Source of the DNA: a virus
Lineage: Duplodnaviria; Caudoviricetes
DNA: 35,293 nucleotides
IMG/VR virus record: IMGVR_UViG_3300020468_000029
Coordinates: 1-35,293 of that record
Strand: one strand, 5' to 3'
The translations under genes and the position numbers were made by a program. Each line of letters starts with the position of its first letter. The stretch's first letter is position 1. Below, in pieces: positions 18,416 to 29,395 of this stretch. Under the pieces are notes generated by a model, which saw only the letters and a program-made list of their open reading frames with translations, did no database searches and was not told the origin of the DNA.

Positions 18416-20035
18416 ATGCCAGCAATTGTAACAGATCAGTTTAGAATATTAAATGCTAATAATTTTGTTAATTCAGTATTAACAGGAGATAATTCTTATT
18501 ACGTATTTTTAGGACTCTCTAATCCATCCGGATTTATACCTTTTTCATCAAGTATAGTTGGGTTCGGTAGAACATCAGACTGGAATACTAATACACCTTC
18601 TCCAATTGATAATCTTCAATATAGATCACATTATCGTGATACTATGATGTTTGGTAAAAAAGTTAATAGCGCTAACATTAGAAGGGTAGTAAAAAGACAT
18701 AATTGGGTAGCTAATAATAGATATGACATGTATAGACATGATTATCAAGTTATAGTAAATCCTGCTCCTAATGGAAATACAGGTAATTTGTTTGATACTA
18801 ATTATTTTGTTATCAATAGTGATTTTAGAGTTTATATTTGTATTGATAATGGATCAAGTGGAACTAATACTAAAGGTAACATATCAGAGGATGAACCAAA
18901 ATTTACTGATTTAGAACCAACAGCTGCAGGAATAAGTGGTGATGGATATGTATGGAAATATCTTTTTACAACTCAACCATCTGATATTATTAAATTTGAT
19001 TCAACAGAGTATGTTATTTTACCTAATGATTGGGAAACATCAACAGATTCTCAAATTCAAAGTATAAGAGAAGCTGGAGACTCTAGTGTTAACTTTAATC
19101 AAATCAAAAAGGTATATGTAGAAGATTCTGGTAGTTCTAGTCAGGCGGTATATCAAACAGGAACATATGAAATGAAGATATTAGGTGATGGGTCTGGAGG
19201 AAAAGTTCAGGTTGTCGTCGATTCAAATGGAAAAATATCATCTACTAAGGTTACATCTGGAGGTTCAGGATATACGTTTGGAGTTGTAGATTTAGGAACA
19301 GCATTAATTAATCCTAGTGGTAATTTATCTCCAACAGACGCTGCTAAATTAATACCAATTATTCCACCATCAAAGGGACATGGGTTTAACATATATGATG
19401 AACTCGGTTCTGATAAAGTATTAGTTTATGCTAGATTTGATGATACATCGAAAGATTTTCCTACTGATACTAAATTTGCACAAGTTGGAATAATAAAAAA
19501 TCCAAGTCAAGTAGGATCTAGTGTTACATTTACATCCAATCAATTTTCTTCACTCAAATCAATAAAACTATCTGAAGATATTGGTATAAACAAATCCTTA
19601 GTTGGTGTTGGTATCACTCAAACAGTTACTGATGGTGTGGCTAGAGGTTATATTGCTTCTTATGATAAAGAAACAAAAGTGTTAAAATATTTTCAAGATA
19701 GATCATTATTCTTTGTAAATGGTAATGATCAAACTGATAATATAAATGTGTCTGTACAATCTCAAATACTTTCTTTCCAAAGTTCATCTAATTCAATAAT
19801 ATCTGATACAACAGATCCTGATTTATCATTTACAAAATCAGTTGATACTGGATTTAGTGGTATTTTAACAACCATTAATAATAAAGTAATAAATTTAGGT
19901 GTGACATTTGAGGGGGGCATTGCTGAATCGGAGATAAATAAAAAAACAGGAGACATTATTTACATAGACAACAGAGAATTGGTTGAAAGAAACTCCAGAC
20001 AAAAAGAGGACATCAAAATTATCCTTGAATTCTAA
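18416..20035 (+). CDS. gp8: Baseplate wedge subunit gp8
   Basis: MPAIVTDQFRILNA, YDMYRHDY, VYICIDN, DGYVWKYLFT and C-terminal GDIIYIDNR....R...QKEDIKIILEF. Confidence 0.92.
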   Translation: MPAIVTDQFRILNANNFVNSVLTGDNSYYVFLGLSNPSGFIPFSSSIVGFGRTSDWNTNTPSPIDNLQYRSHYRDTMMFGKKVNSANIRRVVKRHNWVANNRYDMYRHDYQVIVNPAPNGNTGNLFDTNYFVINSDFRVYICIDNGSSGTNTKGNISEDEPKFTDLEPTAAGISGDGYVWKYLFTTQPSDIIKFDSTEYVILPNDWETSTDSQIQSIREAGDSSVNFNQIKKVYVEDSGSSSQAVYQTGTYEMKILGDGSGGKVQVVVDSNGKISSTKVTSGGSGYTFGVVDLGTALINPSGNLSPTDAAKLIPIIPPSKGHGFNIYDELGSDKVLVYARFDDTSKDFPTDTKFAQVGIIKNPSQVGSSVTFTSNQFSSLKSIKLSEDIGINKSLVGVGITQTVTDGVARGYIASYDKETKVLKYFQDRSLFFVNGNDQTDNINVSVQSQILSFQSSSNSIISDTTDPDLSFTKSVDTGFSGILTTINNKVINLGVTFEGGIAESEINKKTGDIIYIDNRELVERNSRQKEDIKIILEF

Positions 20036-20040
20036 GAAAA

Positions 20041-23000
20041 ATGACACAAAAAACAAATTTAAATGTAAGTCCATACTATGATGATTTTGATAGGAGTAAA
20101 GATTTTTATAAAGTTTTATACAAACCTGGTTATCCGGTACAAGCTAGAGAACTTACAACTTCACAGTCAATAATTCAAAACCAAATTCAAAAATTTGGTA
20201 CTTATGTATTTAAAGATGGATCTAAAGTTATTCCTGGTGATCCTTCTTTCGAAGATAATATTCTTGCACTTAAAGTTAATCCATCTAATTTGGGAGTTGA
20301 TGTATCAGTTTATATTGATAATTTTTTAGGCAAAAAAGTAACAGGTCAAGAATCAAAAATAGGTGGAGAAATAAAATTTATAGCAAAACCATCAACAGAT
20401 CCTGTAGATGATATCATTCTTTATATTACACCTTTTAACTTTGGAGATGAATCGATAACAACATTTATTGATGGAGAATCGTTAATATGTTCTGAAAATA
20501 TAATTTATGGTAACACAACAATAAACGCTAATACTCCTTTTGTATCTTTAATTTCTAGTGATTCAACATCTTTTGGATCAATTGCAAGTATTGAAAAGGG
20601 TGTATATTTTATACGTGGTTATTTTGTTGACGTTTTACAACAAACCATTATATTAGATTATTTTACCAATAAACCATCATACAGAATAGGTTTACAAATA
20701 AATGAAACTATAGTCGATGCAAAAGATGATTCCTCACTTTATGATAATGCATCTGGATTTACTAATTTTGCTGCACCAGGTGCGGATAGGTTAAAAATTA
20801 CCTTAACACTAATAAAAAAAGCATTAACTGATAAAAGTGATACAGATTTTCTTGAAGTTTTACAGGTAGAAAATGGAAAAATAAAAAAAATTGATGAGAC
20901 TAGTGTTTTAAATGAATTAGGAAAGGTACTTGCAGATCGAACATTTGAAGAGTCTGGAAATTATTCTGTGAAACCATTTAAAGTAACAGTACATAATTCT
21001 TTAAATAATAATTTAGGTAATAATGGTTTATATTTTGAGGGTGATACCACACAAAGTGGAAATACACCTTCTAAGGATTTAATGAGCGTAAAAATATCAC
21101 CAGGTCTTTCTTACGTTAGAGGATTTAGGATAAACAAACAGGGAACAAATATTTTAGACGTAGAAAAACCAAGAGATGTAGGAATAAAAAGTGAAGCTAG
21201 TATAGATTTTAATATGGGTAATGTCCTCAAAGTGAACAATGTTAGAGGTGTGCCAAAACAAGGATCAGTGGTTAAATTGTTTAATAATTTTAATGGCACA
21301 GGTGATTTAATTGGTAGTGCAAGAGTTTATGGTTTTAATTTAGAGGATTCTGCATATTCTGGTACCACCACAAGATGGGATCTAAGATTATTTGATGTGC
21401 AAACTTTTTCAACATTATTATTAAATACTCAAATTGATAATTTAAATATTCCAGAGGGATCTTTTATTAAAGGTAAAAATTCAAATGCTTCTGGATTTAT
21501 TAGACCTTATCACCAAACTGGAAATGTTGGAATAGTTACTCTTGGTCAAACATCAGGAACTTTTGCAACAGGAGAAGAATTAACTGTAAATGGTATTGAT
21601 TTATCAAGAACTGTAGGTTTAGTTACTGCATCAAATGTTCAAAATATAAAATCATTAACTCAACCAACTTCAACAGGTTATCCAAATATTGGTGGAGATG
21701 GTTTCAGAGCTGATTCATTTCTTGAAAGATTTAGAATTCCAAATGGTATTAATATTGTTGATATATCTAATAGTAGCGGTGGTGTTTCAACAATTACTGC
21801 TGGAGGAGATTCATTTTTAGGATTAAGAAAAGGTAGTATTGTAAGATATAACAGAATTGGAAGTAGCACTGAAATATTTAATAAAGTAAAAGAAATTGCA
21901 TCTGATGGATTATCAGTTATAATAGAATCTTTATCAAGTGTATCTGGTGTTTTTGATGGTTCAATTCCACTTAATAATGTACAAGTTTCATTATTTGCAG
22001 GAGCTCCAAATCTAAGAGGAAGTGGAAATCTTTATGCTCCACTTAATAATTTAAATGTTGAGTCTATTGATATATCAAATTCTAGATTAACAGTTACTAA
22101 ACAAATTACAGGAAAATCAATAACTGGTAATCAATTAAATGTAAATGCCACTGACTCTGGTATAGTTAATACTACTTTTGAGAGTTTTGATCAAGAAAGG
22201 TATTCAATACATAATGATGATGGTACGATTCAAGGCATATCAGAGCAAAATTTTAGTTTAGGTGGAGATGGATCATCATTAACAATTAATGGATTAACTA
22301 ATGATGATGTTATTTTTAGTTCCACTCTTAAGAAGAATGAAATAAAAAGTAAAATAAAAACGTTTAATAAGAGTCAATCATATAATGTAAGATTTACAAA
22401 AAATTCACCATTTGGTGCATCATCAAATGGATTAACACCCGATAAAAGATTTGGTTTGAGAGTTCAAGATGATGAAATATCATTAAATTATCCTGATGTC
22501 TCTGCGGTCATTGCAATTTATGAATCGTTAGATGATAATGATCCTGTGGTAGATACTATAAGTTTTAGTGATACTGCAGATGTTAGTAATAACGCTATAA
22601 TTGGTGAAAATATAATTGGTGGTAATGCGGTTGCTAGGATTATTTCTAAACCAGCAACTAACCAATTAGGAATAGTTTATCTCACAAGTGATAGATTTTC
22701 ATCTGAAGATGAAGTCACATTTGATGAATCCGATATTAAAACAAAAGTAAATACTATAGTAAATGTTGGTAAATTTAAAGACCTTACATTTTCTTATAAC
22801 TTAGATAAGGGTCAAAGAGATGATTATTATGATTATTCAAGAATCGTAAGAAAAAAAGGAGTTTCTGAACCAACAAGACGTTTATTAATCATATTTGATT
22901 ATTATTCAGTTCCCGTAGATGATACCGGAGATGTTTTCACAGTTTTTAGTTATGATAAAGAAAGATATACCTATGACATACCTAATATAGGTTCTTCAGG

Positions 23001-26000
23001 AATAAGAGCTTCTGATACAATTGATTTTAGACCAAGAGTGTCTGTGTATGATACCTCAACGAATGCTAAATCACCATTTGATTTTGGATCTAGAAATTTT
23101 GATTCTGCAATAATACAATTCATTACACCAAATGAAAGTACTTTACTTGGATATAATTATTATTTACCAAGAACTGATTGTTTATATTTAAGTGAAAGGG
23201 GTCAATTTGTGTATGATAAAGGTGTTTCATCTATTGATCCAAAACCACCAGTTAGAAATGATCGTTTGATGAAGTTGGCAACAATAGCTTTACCACCTTA
23301 TCTTTATGATCCCCAGAATGCTTCGATTATTATCACTGAAAATAAAAGATATCGAATGAAGGATATTGGATTCATAGAGGATAGAGTTTCAAACTTAGAA
23401 GAGGTAACATCATTATCATTATTAGAAACAAATGTACAATCTTTACAGATATTAGATTCTGAAGGTAGGAATAGATTTAAAAGTGGATTTTTTGTAGATC
23501 CATTTAGAAATTATGATAGAGTTAATAAATCACTTTCCTCTATTGAAGTAGATACGAAATCTAACGAAATTATACCAATTAGATCAAGAAATACTCTTAA
23601 ACTATTACCACTTGGAAAAGTAGCAGAAACAAGTTCAAGTCTTGATTTATCAATAGATTATGAATTATTTGATTCGAATGTAAGAAAAACTGGAAACTTA
23701 ATTACATTAGATTATGAAGAAGTGGGATGGATAGATCAAGTATTTGCAACAAGCACTGAAAATGTAAACCCATTTCTAATACCAACATATAGAGGTGAAA
23801 TTTCACTTAATCCAACAACGGATATGTGGACAAGATTAATTCAACTAGATGATAATCATGTAACTCAAATTGGTCGATCTATTGATCGCACAATTACCAT
23901 GAATACTAATGTTAGTGCTGACCTGCAAGGTTCAATGACTAATTTTAATGAAATTACTGAAACTAGGAGACTCACTCCTGGACAAGGAGGTCAACTAGGA
24001 GTTGGAAATGGTGATGTTATAACAACAAATTTAGGTGATATCACAGGTGAAAATACAATAACTGGTAATTTATCATTAACAGGAAATGCAAGTGGAAGCA
24101 CTACTTTTAATAATGCAGATGTCACTGTCAGAAATCAAAGAGAGTCATCAGATAGTGATGATTTTATGAGATCAAGAAATACAGAATTTTCTGTAAGTAA
24201 TTTTCCATCAGGGAAAAGATTTTATGTGTTCTTAGATGGTCAAGCTATTGATTTTATTCCTAAGTTAGTTGAGATAACTCCAAACATAAATGGTGAAACA
24301 AACGGATCACAAGGAACTTTCATCATTGGTGAAAAAGTAAATGTATATGACACAACAAATAATAATCAAACACCTACAATGATTTTCAGGGCATGTCAAC
24401 CTGATCATAAAGAAGGTGAATATAATAATCCAACACAATCATATCAATTTGATCCATATGCCGAATCTGGAATTGCATTACCACAAAATTATTCACAAAC
24501 ATCAACTGTAATTAACGTAGATACTAGATCTTTAAGTGAAGAGGCTCAAGGTAGCTATTATGGATATTTGGGTAAAAACTTTAGACTGGAAGGACAAGAA
24601 TCAAATGCAGTGGCATTTGTAAAGGATGTAAAGTTGGTAAGTGATAACTTTGGAGATTTAATCGGATCATTCTTTATTAGAAACCCATATACTAATCCTA
24701 GACCACCAATTCGTATTGATACAGGAACCAAAACTCTAAAAATAACATCTAGTCCATTAAATAGTGATTTTATTCCTGGTGTTGATCCAGATGTTTATGC
24801 AACAGAAATACCTTATACTGCAACTGGAACTGTTGAAAGATGGCAAAATGATGTTATTACAACTGTAAATACAGTCAATTTAAATATTGACAATCAATTT
24901 GAAGCAGATATTGATACTGATATAAGTTTAATTAATCAGGATAGAGTTACGGTTGTAGCTGAGTACTATGATCCTTTAGCACAGACATTTGTGGTAGGAA
25001 GTGGTAGTGATGTTGAGGTTACTGCAGTTAATACTAGTGAAGATCAAAATGGTGCGTTTATTACTGCAGTTGAAGTATTCTTCAGAACTATAGATGAAGA
25101 AAGAGAAATAACTTTACAGTTAAGAGAAACAACTCAAGGAGCAAGACCATCAAGAACTGTTTTAGCTTCAAAAACATTAACACCTGTTAATGTTTTAAAT
25201 GGAGCAGTTACACCTAATATATTAACATCTGATGATGCATCAGCAGGAACTAAATTTACATTCTCAGAACCTGTTTATTTGGCACCAGGTAAATCATATG
25301 CGATTGTTCTATTAGCTCCATCATCTAAAAAGTATACAGTTCACACTGGAGTTCACGGTGAAACTGCTGTCAATGCCCAATCAATACCTGGTGCATCTGG
25401 TGGTTCTTCATTACAATATTCCAAACAATATGCAAATGGGGCATTATTTAAATCACAGAATGGTGCACTTTGGTCTGAAGATAATGAACAAGATTTGACA
25501 TTTAAATTATACAAAGCAAAATTTGTTCAGAGTGGATCTTTGTTCCTTACAAATCCTGATTTAGATTTTAGTAATGGATACGTTCCAAACTTAGTACCAA
25601 ATCCAATCGAAACTTTTCCAAAAACAGGAACTATCGGAATTACTACAATTACTGGTGGATCACCTTTAGTTGGTATTCTGACAGAAGGAAGAAAAATATG
25701 TGGAAGAAATTCAGCTACTACTGCTACAATAACTGGTGTTGGTCAATCAGTAGGTACTAATGCAGATTGTCTTATTTTAACAAATGGAGGAACAAATTAT
25801 GTGACTGATACTTTTGTAGAAACTTTTACAATAACTGGTAAAGGTTCTGGATTAAAATTAAATATATCAGCAACTGATGGTGTTATTGATAGCGGCACAG
25901 TCATAACAGGAGCAATTGCTGGTGGTATAGGACAAGGGTACAGAATAGGTGATAAGATAGGAATTGTAACTTCAACTGTTGGAGGATCTGCTGGAGTAGC

Positions 26001-27594
26001 AACAGGTACTGGTGCAGAGTTTACAGTTGGTTCTGGTAATCAACTTAAAATTGATACTATTTACCTTACAGATGTACAGGGAGATCAGAATTCATTTTCA
26101 GTTGGATCCGCAGTTAGTTTCTTTAATGATTCTGGTGATATAGTTAGTCTTGCATCCACTACAATTGTAACTTCTGTATTTAATGAAACAGGGAAAAATT
26201 CTGGTAAAGTGTTTAAAGTTAAAGCACTTGATCATGCGATGCACTCAAGCACTAATAAATTAAGTATTTCTGATGTTACTGGTGATGTTATTCCTACAGA
26301 GTTAACAAGTAATCTTTTAAACACAGAATTAACTAATATAAGTGTTGCAAACACAACAAACTTTGTAAATTTTGAAGGATTCCCAGTCGGAGCTGCGAAT
26401 ACAGGATATGTCAAAATAAATAATGAAATAATAGGATATAATGCAATTGATATTGGTGTTCTTAAAATAGCATCAGGTTCAAATGGAAGAGGTATTGATA
26501 ACACAAATATTATTCCAAAACATGATGTAGGATCACTAGTATCAAAGTATGAATTAAATGGTGTTTCTCTTAGAAGGATTGTAAGAGATAATTTATCACC
26601 TAGTAGTATAGAAGGTGACTTGGATAGTTATTTTGTAGAAATAGATAGAGTAGAAAATGGTGCAAGTCGATCTACCGATCCTTTAAGTTTCACAGGTGCT
26701 CCTCAGTTATCATTCACTTCAAACGCATCTTCTGGTGGATCTGAAGTCAAATCAACACAAAATATTGCTTTTGATTCTCTAGTTCCAATTTTCGATACTT
26801 TAACTCCTGTTGGTGTTGATGGTGCAGCAACAAGAATCGAATCTTCAACCAGAACTGTATCTGGAACAAGTGTTGGAGGAAGTGAGATTTCATTTGTTGA
26901 TAAAGGTTATGAACCTATTCAACTTAACACATACAACTCTTTAAACGGAGCAAGAATAGTTGCATCTAAATTAAATGAAAATGCATATTTGACTTCTTTA
27001 CCAAGAAGTAAATCTTTTACATTATTAATGAACTTTTCTTCAAATAATGAAAATTTATCTCCAGCGATAGATATGTCCAAACCTTGTGAAGTTGAATTTA
27101 TCTCACATAGAATCAATAATCCAATTGGATCTGAAAATTATAGCAGTAATAGTTTGGTAAATTCAATTAATGATGATCCTCATAGTGCCACATATGTGAC
27201 AAACACAATAACATTAAATAAACCTGCGACCTCATTAAAAGTATTTGTAACTGGATACAGACCTCCATCATCTGATTTTAGAGTATTGTACAGTCTGATT
27301 AAAAAAGACTCTGATAATACACCACAATCTTTTGAATTATTTCCTGGTTATAAAAATTTGGTAGGAGTTGATCCTGATGATGGATTTGGAGATTTAGTTG
27401 TAGATTCAGTAAAAAATGATGGTAGACCAGATTCGTTTGTGCCTACAAGTGCTAACAATGAATATAGAGAATATCAATTTACTGCAGATAATTTGGATGA
27501 GTTTATTGGATATGCTGTGAAAATTGTTATGTTTAGTTCAAATCAATCAGAATATCCAAGGTTGAAAGAGTTGAGGACTATTGCAGTCAAATGA
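20041..27594 (+). CDS. Large virion structural protein, VrlC/DUF4815-like (2517 aa)
   Basis: N-terminal TNLNVSPYYDDFD...FYKVLYKPGYPVQARELT, NFAAPGADRLKI, LADRTFEESGNY, RFKSGFFVDPF, DPLAQTF and LFKSQNG..W. Follows gp8, as in cyanomyophages. Confidence 0.85.
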   Translation: MTQKTNLNVSPYYDDFDRSKDFYKVLYKPGYPVQARELTTSQSIIQNQIQKFGTYVFKDGSKVIPGDPSFEDNILALKVNPSNLGVDVSVYIDNFLGKKVTGQESKIGGEIKFIAKPSTDPVDDIILYITPFNFGDESITTFIDGESLICSENIIYGNTTINANTPFVSLISSDSTSFGSIASIEKGVYFIRGYFVDVLQQTIILDYFTNKPSYRIGLQINETIVDAKDDSSLYDNASGFTNFAAPGADRLKITLTLIKKALTDKSDTDFLEVLQVENGKIKKIDETSVLNELGKVLADRTFEESGNYSVKPFKVTVHNSLNNNLGNNGLYFEGDTTQSGNTPSKDLMSVKISPGLSYVRGFRINKQGTNILDVEKPRDVGIKSEASIDFNMGNVLKVNNVRGVPKQGSVVKLFNNFNGTGDLIGSARVYGFNLEDSAYSGTTTRWDLRLFDVQTFSTLLLNTQIDNLNIPEGSFIKGKNSNASGFIRPYHQTGNVGIVTLGQTSGTFATGEELTVNGIDLSRTVGLVTASNVQNIKSLTQPTSTGYPNIGGDGFRADSFLERFRIPNGINIVDISNSSGGVSTITAGGDSFLGLRKGSIVRYNRIGSSTEIFNKVKEIASDGLSVIIESLSSVSGVFDGSIPLNNVQVSLFAGAPNLRGSGNLYAPLNNLNVESIDISNSRLTVTKQITGKSITGNQLNVNATDSGIVNTTFESFDQERYSIHNDDGTIQGISEQNFSLGGDGSSLTINGLTNDDVIFSSTLKKNEIKSKIKTFNKSQSYNVRFTKNSPFGASSNGLTPDKRFGLRVQDDEISLNYPDVSAVIAIYESLDDNDPVVDTISFSDTADVSNNAIIGENIIGGNAVARIISKPATNQLGIVYLTSDRFSSEDEVTFDESDIKTKVNTIVNVGKFKDLTFSYNLDKGQRDDYYDYSRIVRKKGVSEPTRRLLIIFDYYSVPVDDTGDVFTVFSYDKERYTYDIPNIGSSGIRASDTIDFRPRVSVYDTSTNAKSPFDFGSRNFDSAIIQFITPNESTLLGYNYYLPRTDCLYLSERGQFVYDKGVSSIDPKPPVRNDRLMKLATIALPPYLYDPQNASIIITENKRYRMKDIGFIEDRVSNLEEVTSLSLLETNVQSLQILDSEGRNRFKSGFFVDPFRNYDRVNKSLSSIEVDTKSNEIIPIRSRNTLKLLPLGKVAETSSSLDLSIDYELFDSNVRKTGNLITLDYEEVGWIDQVFATSTENVNPFLIPTYRGEISLNPTTDMWTRLIQLDDNHVTQIGRSIDRTITMNTNVSADLQGSMTNFNEITETRRLTPGQGGQLGVGNGDVITTNLGDITGENTITGNLSLTGNASGSTTFNNADVTVRNQRESSDSDDFMRSRNTEFSVSNFPSGKRFYVFLDGQAIDFIPKLVEITPNINGETNGSQGTFIIGEKVNVYDTTNNNQTPTMIFRACQPDHKEGEYNNPTQSYQFDPYAESGIALPQNYSQTSTVINVDTRSLSEEAQGSYYGYLGKNFRLEGQESNAVAFVKDVKLVSDNFGDLIGSFFIRNPYTNPRPPIRIDTGTKTLKITSSPLNSDFIPGVDPDVYATEIPYTATGTVERWQNDVITTVNTVNLNIDNQFEADIDTDISLINQDRVTVVAEYYDPLAQTFVVGSGSDVEVTAVNTSEDQNGAFITAVEVFFRTIDEEREITLQLRETTQGARPSRTVLASKTLTPVNVLNGAVTPNILTSDDASAGTKFTFSEPVYLAPGKSYAIVLLAPSSKKYTVHTGVHGETAVNAQSIPGASGGSSLQYSKQYANGALFKSQNGALWSEDNEQDLTFKLYKAKFVQSGSLFLTNPDLDFSNGYVPNLVPNPIETFPKTGTIGITTITGGSPLVGILTEGRKICGRNSATTATITGVGQSVGTNADCLILTNGGTNYVTDTFVETFTITGKGSGLKLNISATDGVIDSGTVITGAIAGGIGQGYRIGDKIGIVTSTVGGSAGVATGTGAEFTVGSGNQLKIDTIYLTDVQGDQNSFSVGSAVSFFNDSGDIVSLASTTIVTSVFNETGKNSGKVFKVKALDHAMHSSTNKLSISDVTGDVIPTELTSNLLNTELTNISVANTTNFVNFEGFPVGAANTGYVKINNEIIGYNAIDIGVLKIASGSNGRGIDNTNIIPKHDVGSLVSKYELNGVSLRRIVRDNLSPSSIEGDLDSYFVEIDRVENGASRSTDPLSFTGAPQLSFTSNASSGGSEVKSTQNIAFDSLVPIFDTLTPVGVDGAATRIESSTRTVSGTSVGGSEISFVDKGYEPIQLNTYNSLNGARIVASKLNENAYLTSLPRSKSFTLLMNFSSNNENLSPAIDMSKPCEVEFISHRINNPIGSENYSSNSLVNSINDDPHSATYVTNTITLNKPATSLKVFVTGYRPPSSDFRVLYSLIKKDSDNTPQSFELFPGYKNLVGVDPDDGFGDLVVDSVKNDGRPDSFVPTSANNEYREYQFTADNLDEFIGYAVKIVMFSSNQSEYPRLKELRTIAVK

Positions 27595-27797
27595 TGAAAG
27601 TTCAAGGACACTCAAATCTCTACAGAGATGAATCTACAGGAGCCATCATAAATTATGATGACCTTGGATATGAGCAACATGTTAAATTGATAAAAACTCA
27701 AAAAAACAAAGAGGATGAAATGAATAAAATGAAAAATGATATTGAAGAAATTAAAGAATCACTTTCTTTATTAATTAAAAACCTTAACAAGACCTAA
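27591..27797 (+). CDS. Small conserved hypothetical protein with C-terminal coiled coil
   Basis: KVQGHSNLYRD..TGAIIN then a heptad-like helix; ATGA overlap with the upstream gene. Confidence 0.8.
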   Translation: MMKVQGHSNLYRDESTGAIINYDDLGYEQHVKLIKTQKNKEDEMNKMKNDIEEIKESLSLLIKNLNKT

Positions 27798-27800
27798 ATA
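27794..27800 (+). promoter_or_regulatory. Putative late promoter variant (CTAAATA)
   Basis: TAAATA core ending 23 nt before the ATG at 27824. Confidence 0.55.
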
Positions 27801-27823
27801 TTAATTAGGATCACTTTAAACAG

Positions 27824-28162
27824 ATGTCAGCAGTATATGTCTCAAACTTAATTATTAACGCAGGATCAACTTTTAGTCAAAGTTTTGACTTAGGATCTAC
27901 TGAGGATAATGCGCCATTTAATTTATCTGGATACACTATAGCTGCACAGTTAAGAAAACACTCTGCTAGTTCTACATCAACAGACTTTGAGTCTGTAATT
28001 GTAGATTCTGATAATGGTCTCATCAATGTTGCTCTTGCTGCAACAACAACAGCTGCTATTAAACCAGGCAGATACGTATATGATATTGTCGTTACGACAG
28101 GTGATATAAAAACACGAGTCGTTGAAGGTTCTGCTTTAGTCAGGGAGGGTGTAACACAATAA
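27824..28162 (+). CDS. Small virion structural protein (Ig/BppU-N-like beta domain)
   Basis: NLIINAGSTFSQ.F, FNLSGYT..AQLRK and T.AIKPGRYVYDI...TRVVEG.A.V..GVT fit fibre-associated adaptor proteins. Confidence 0.7.
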   Translation: MSAVYVSNLIINAGSTFSQSFDLGSTEDNAPFNLSGYTIAAQLRKHSASSTSTDFESVIVDSDNGLINVALAATTTAAIKPGRYVYDIVVTTGDIKTRVVEGSALVREGVTQ

Positions 28163-28545
28163 TGTCAGATCTTAACATTAGAATTGGTCAATCAGACGCA
28201 ATCAAGGTTTTAACCACATCTAGCACAAAATCTACAAAAAATGTAATCGGAGGAATTGCTTCTGTATCACAGTTACTTGTAACAGGTATCTCTACTCTTG
28301 GTGGAGTTGAAATACAAACTGGATTCATAACAGCAACAAGTGGTGTAGGAATAGTTACATACTATGGTGATGGAAGTAAATTAACAGGTGTTACAGGATC
28401 TGTTGTTGGGGATTTGACTGCACTTAATGTAACTGGAATAGCAACAGTAGGTGGATTTAAAATACAAGCAGGTATAATAACAGGAGTGTCGGGTGTAGTA
28501 ACATTTACTGGTGATGTTGCGGATCTTGATGGAGGTGCTTTCTGA
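28162..28545 (+). CDS. Short fibre-like protein with a 50-aa internal repeat
   Basis: VTGIST/VTGIAT repeats, YYGDGSKLTGV and C-terminal LDGGAF; TAATG and TGATG coupling on either side. Confidence 0.7.
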   Translation: MSDLNIRIGQSDAIKVLTTSSTKSTKNVIGGIASVSQLLVTGISTLGGVEIQTGFITATSGVGIVTYYGDGSKLTGVTGSVVGDLTALNVTGIATVGGFKIQAGIITGVSGVVTFTGDVADLDGGAF

Positions 28546-29390
28546 TGGCCAAACCAAGTACCCGTCAAGAATTAATTGATTATTGTCTTAGAAAGTTAGG
28601 AGCACCTGTTTTAGAGATAAATCTTGATGATGATCAAATCGGTGATTCAGTTGATGATGCAATTCAGTTATTTAATAATAGGCATTTTGACGGTATTGAA
28701 AGAATGTATTTAAAATACAAGATAACACAAGATGATTTAGATAGAGGAAGGGCAAGTGGTACAGATGGAGTTGGTATTGTAACGACTACAGGTACATCTA
28801 CAAACGTCAGTGGTATGGGAACCATGACTTCTAATTTTTATGAAACTTCAAATTTTATACAAGTTCCAGATTCTGTTATAGGTATTGAAAAAGTGTTTAA
28901 ATTTGACAGCAGCACTATATCAGGTGGAATGTTTAGTATAAAGTATCAATTATTTTTAAATGATTTATATCGTTTTAATTCTGTTGACTTATTACAATAT
29001 TCAATGACAAAATCGTATCTTGAAGATATAGATTTTCTCTTAACAACAGATAAACAAATTAGATTTAATAGAAGACAAAATAGATTATATTTGGATATTG
29101 ATTGGAAAGCACAGGAACTTGATAATTATTTAATTATAGATTGTCATAGAGCTTTAGATCCAGAAGAATTTTCAAAAGTTTTTGACGATCCATTTTTAAA
29201 AATGTATCTTACAGCACTTTTAAAAAGGCAATGGGGACAAAATTTAATTAAATTTAAAGGAGTTAAACTTCCTGGTGGTATAGAATTGAATGGAAGAGAA
29301 ATATATGAAGATGCCGAAAGAGAATTGACAAGCATCAGAGAAAGGATGACTCTAGAGTATGAGTTACCACCTCTTGATTTTATTGGGTAA
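28545..29390 (+). CDS. gp13: Neck protein gp13
   Basis: STRQELIDYCLRKLGAPVLEIN and LLKRQWGQNLIKFKGVKLPGGIELNG. Confidence 0.95.
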   Translation: MAKPSTRQELIDYCLRKLGAPVLEINLDDDQIGDSVDDAIQLFNNRHFDGIERMYLKYKITQDDLDRGRASGTDGVGIVTTTGTSTNVSGMGTMTSNFYETSNFIQVPDSVIGIEKVFKFDSSTISGGMFSIKYQLFLNDLYRFNSVDLLQYSMTKSYLEDIDFLLTTDKQIRFNRRQNRLYLDIDWKAQELDNYLIIDCHRALDPEEFSKVFDDPFLKMYLTALLKRQWGQNLIKFKGVKLPGGIELNGREIYEDAERELTSIRERMTLEYELPPLDFIG

Positions 29391-29395
29391 GATGT

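Noticed and set aside
6435-27116. Many 60-170 aa minus-strand ORFs and one + strand ORF (16013-16207) inside gp7, gp8 and the VrlC-like gene
   Set aside because: Their Pro/Val/Ile-rich composition is what reverse-complemented Gly/Thr/Asn codons give; there are no independent signals.
5833-27594. Intein, intron or programmed frameshift explaining the giant ORFs
   Set aside because: Both frames are uninterrupted, and I saw no intein splice-junction pair or LAGLIDADG/HNH motif; repeats account for the length.
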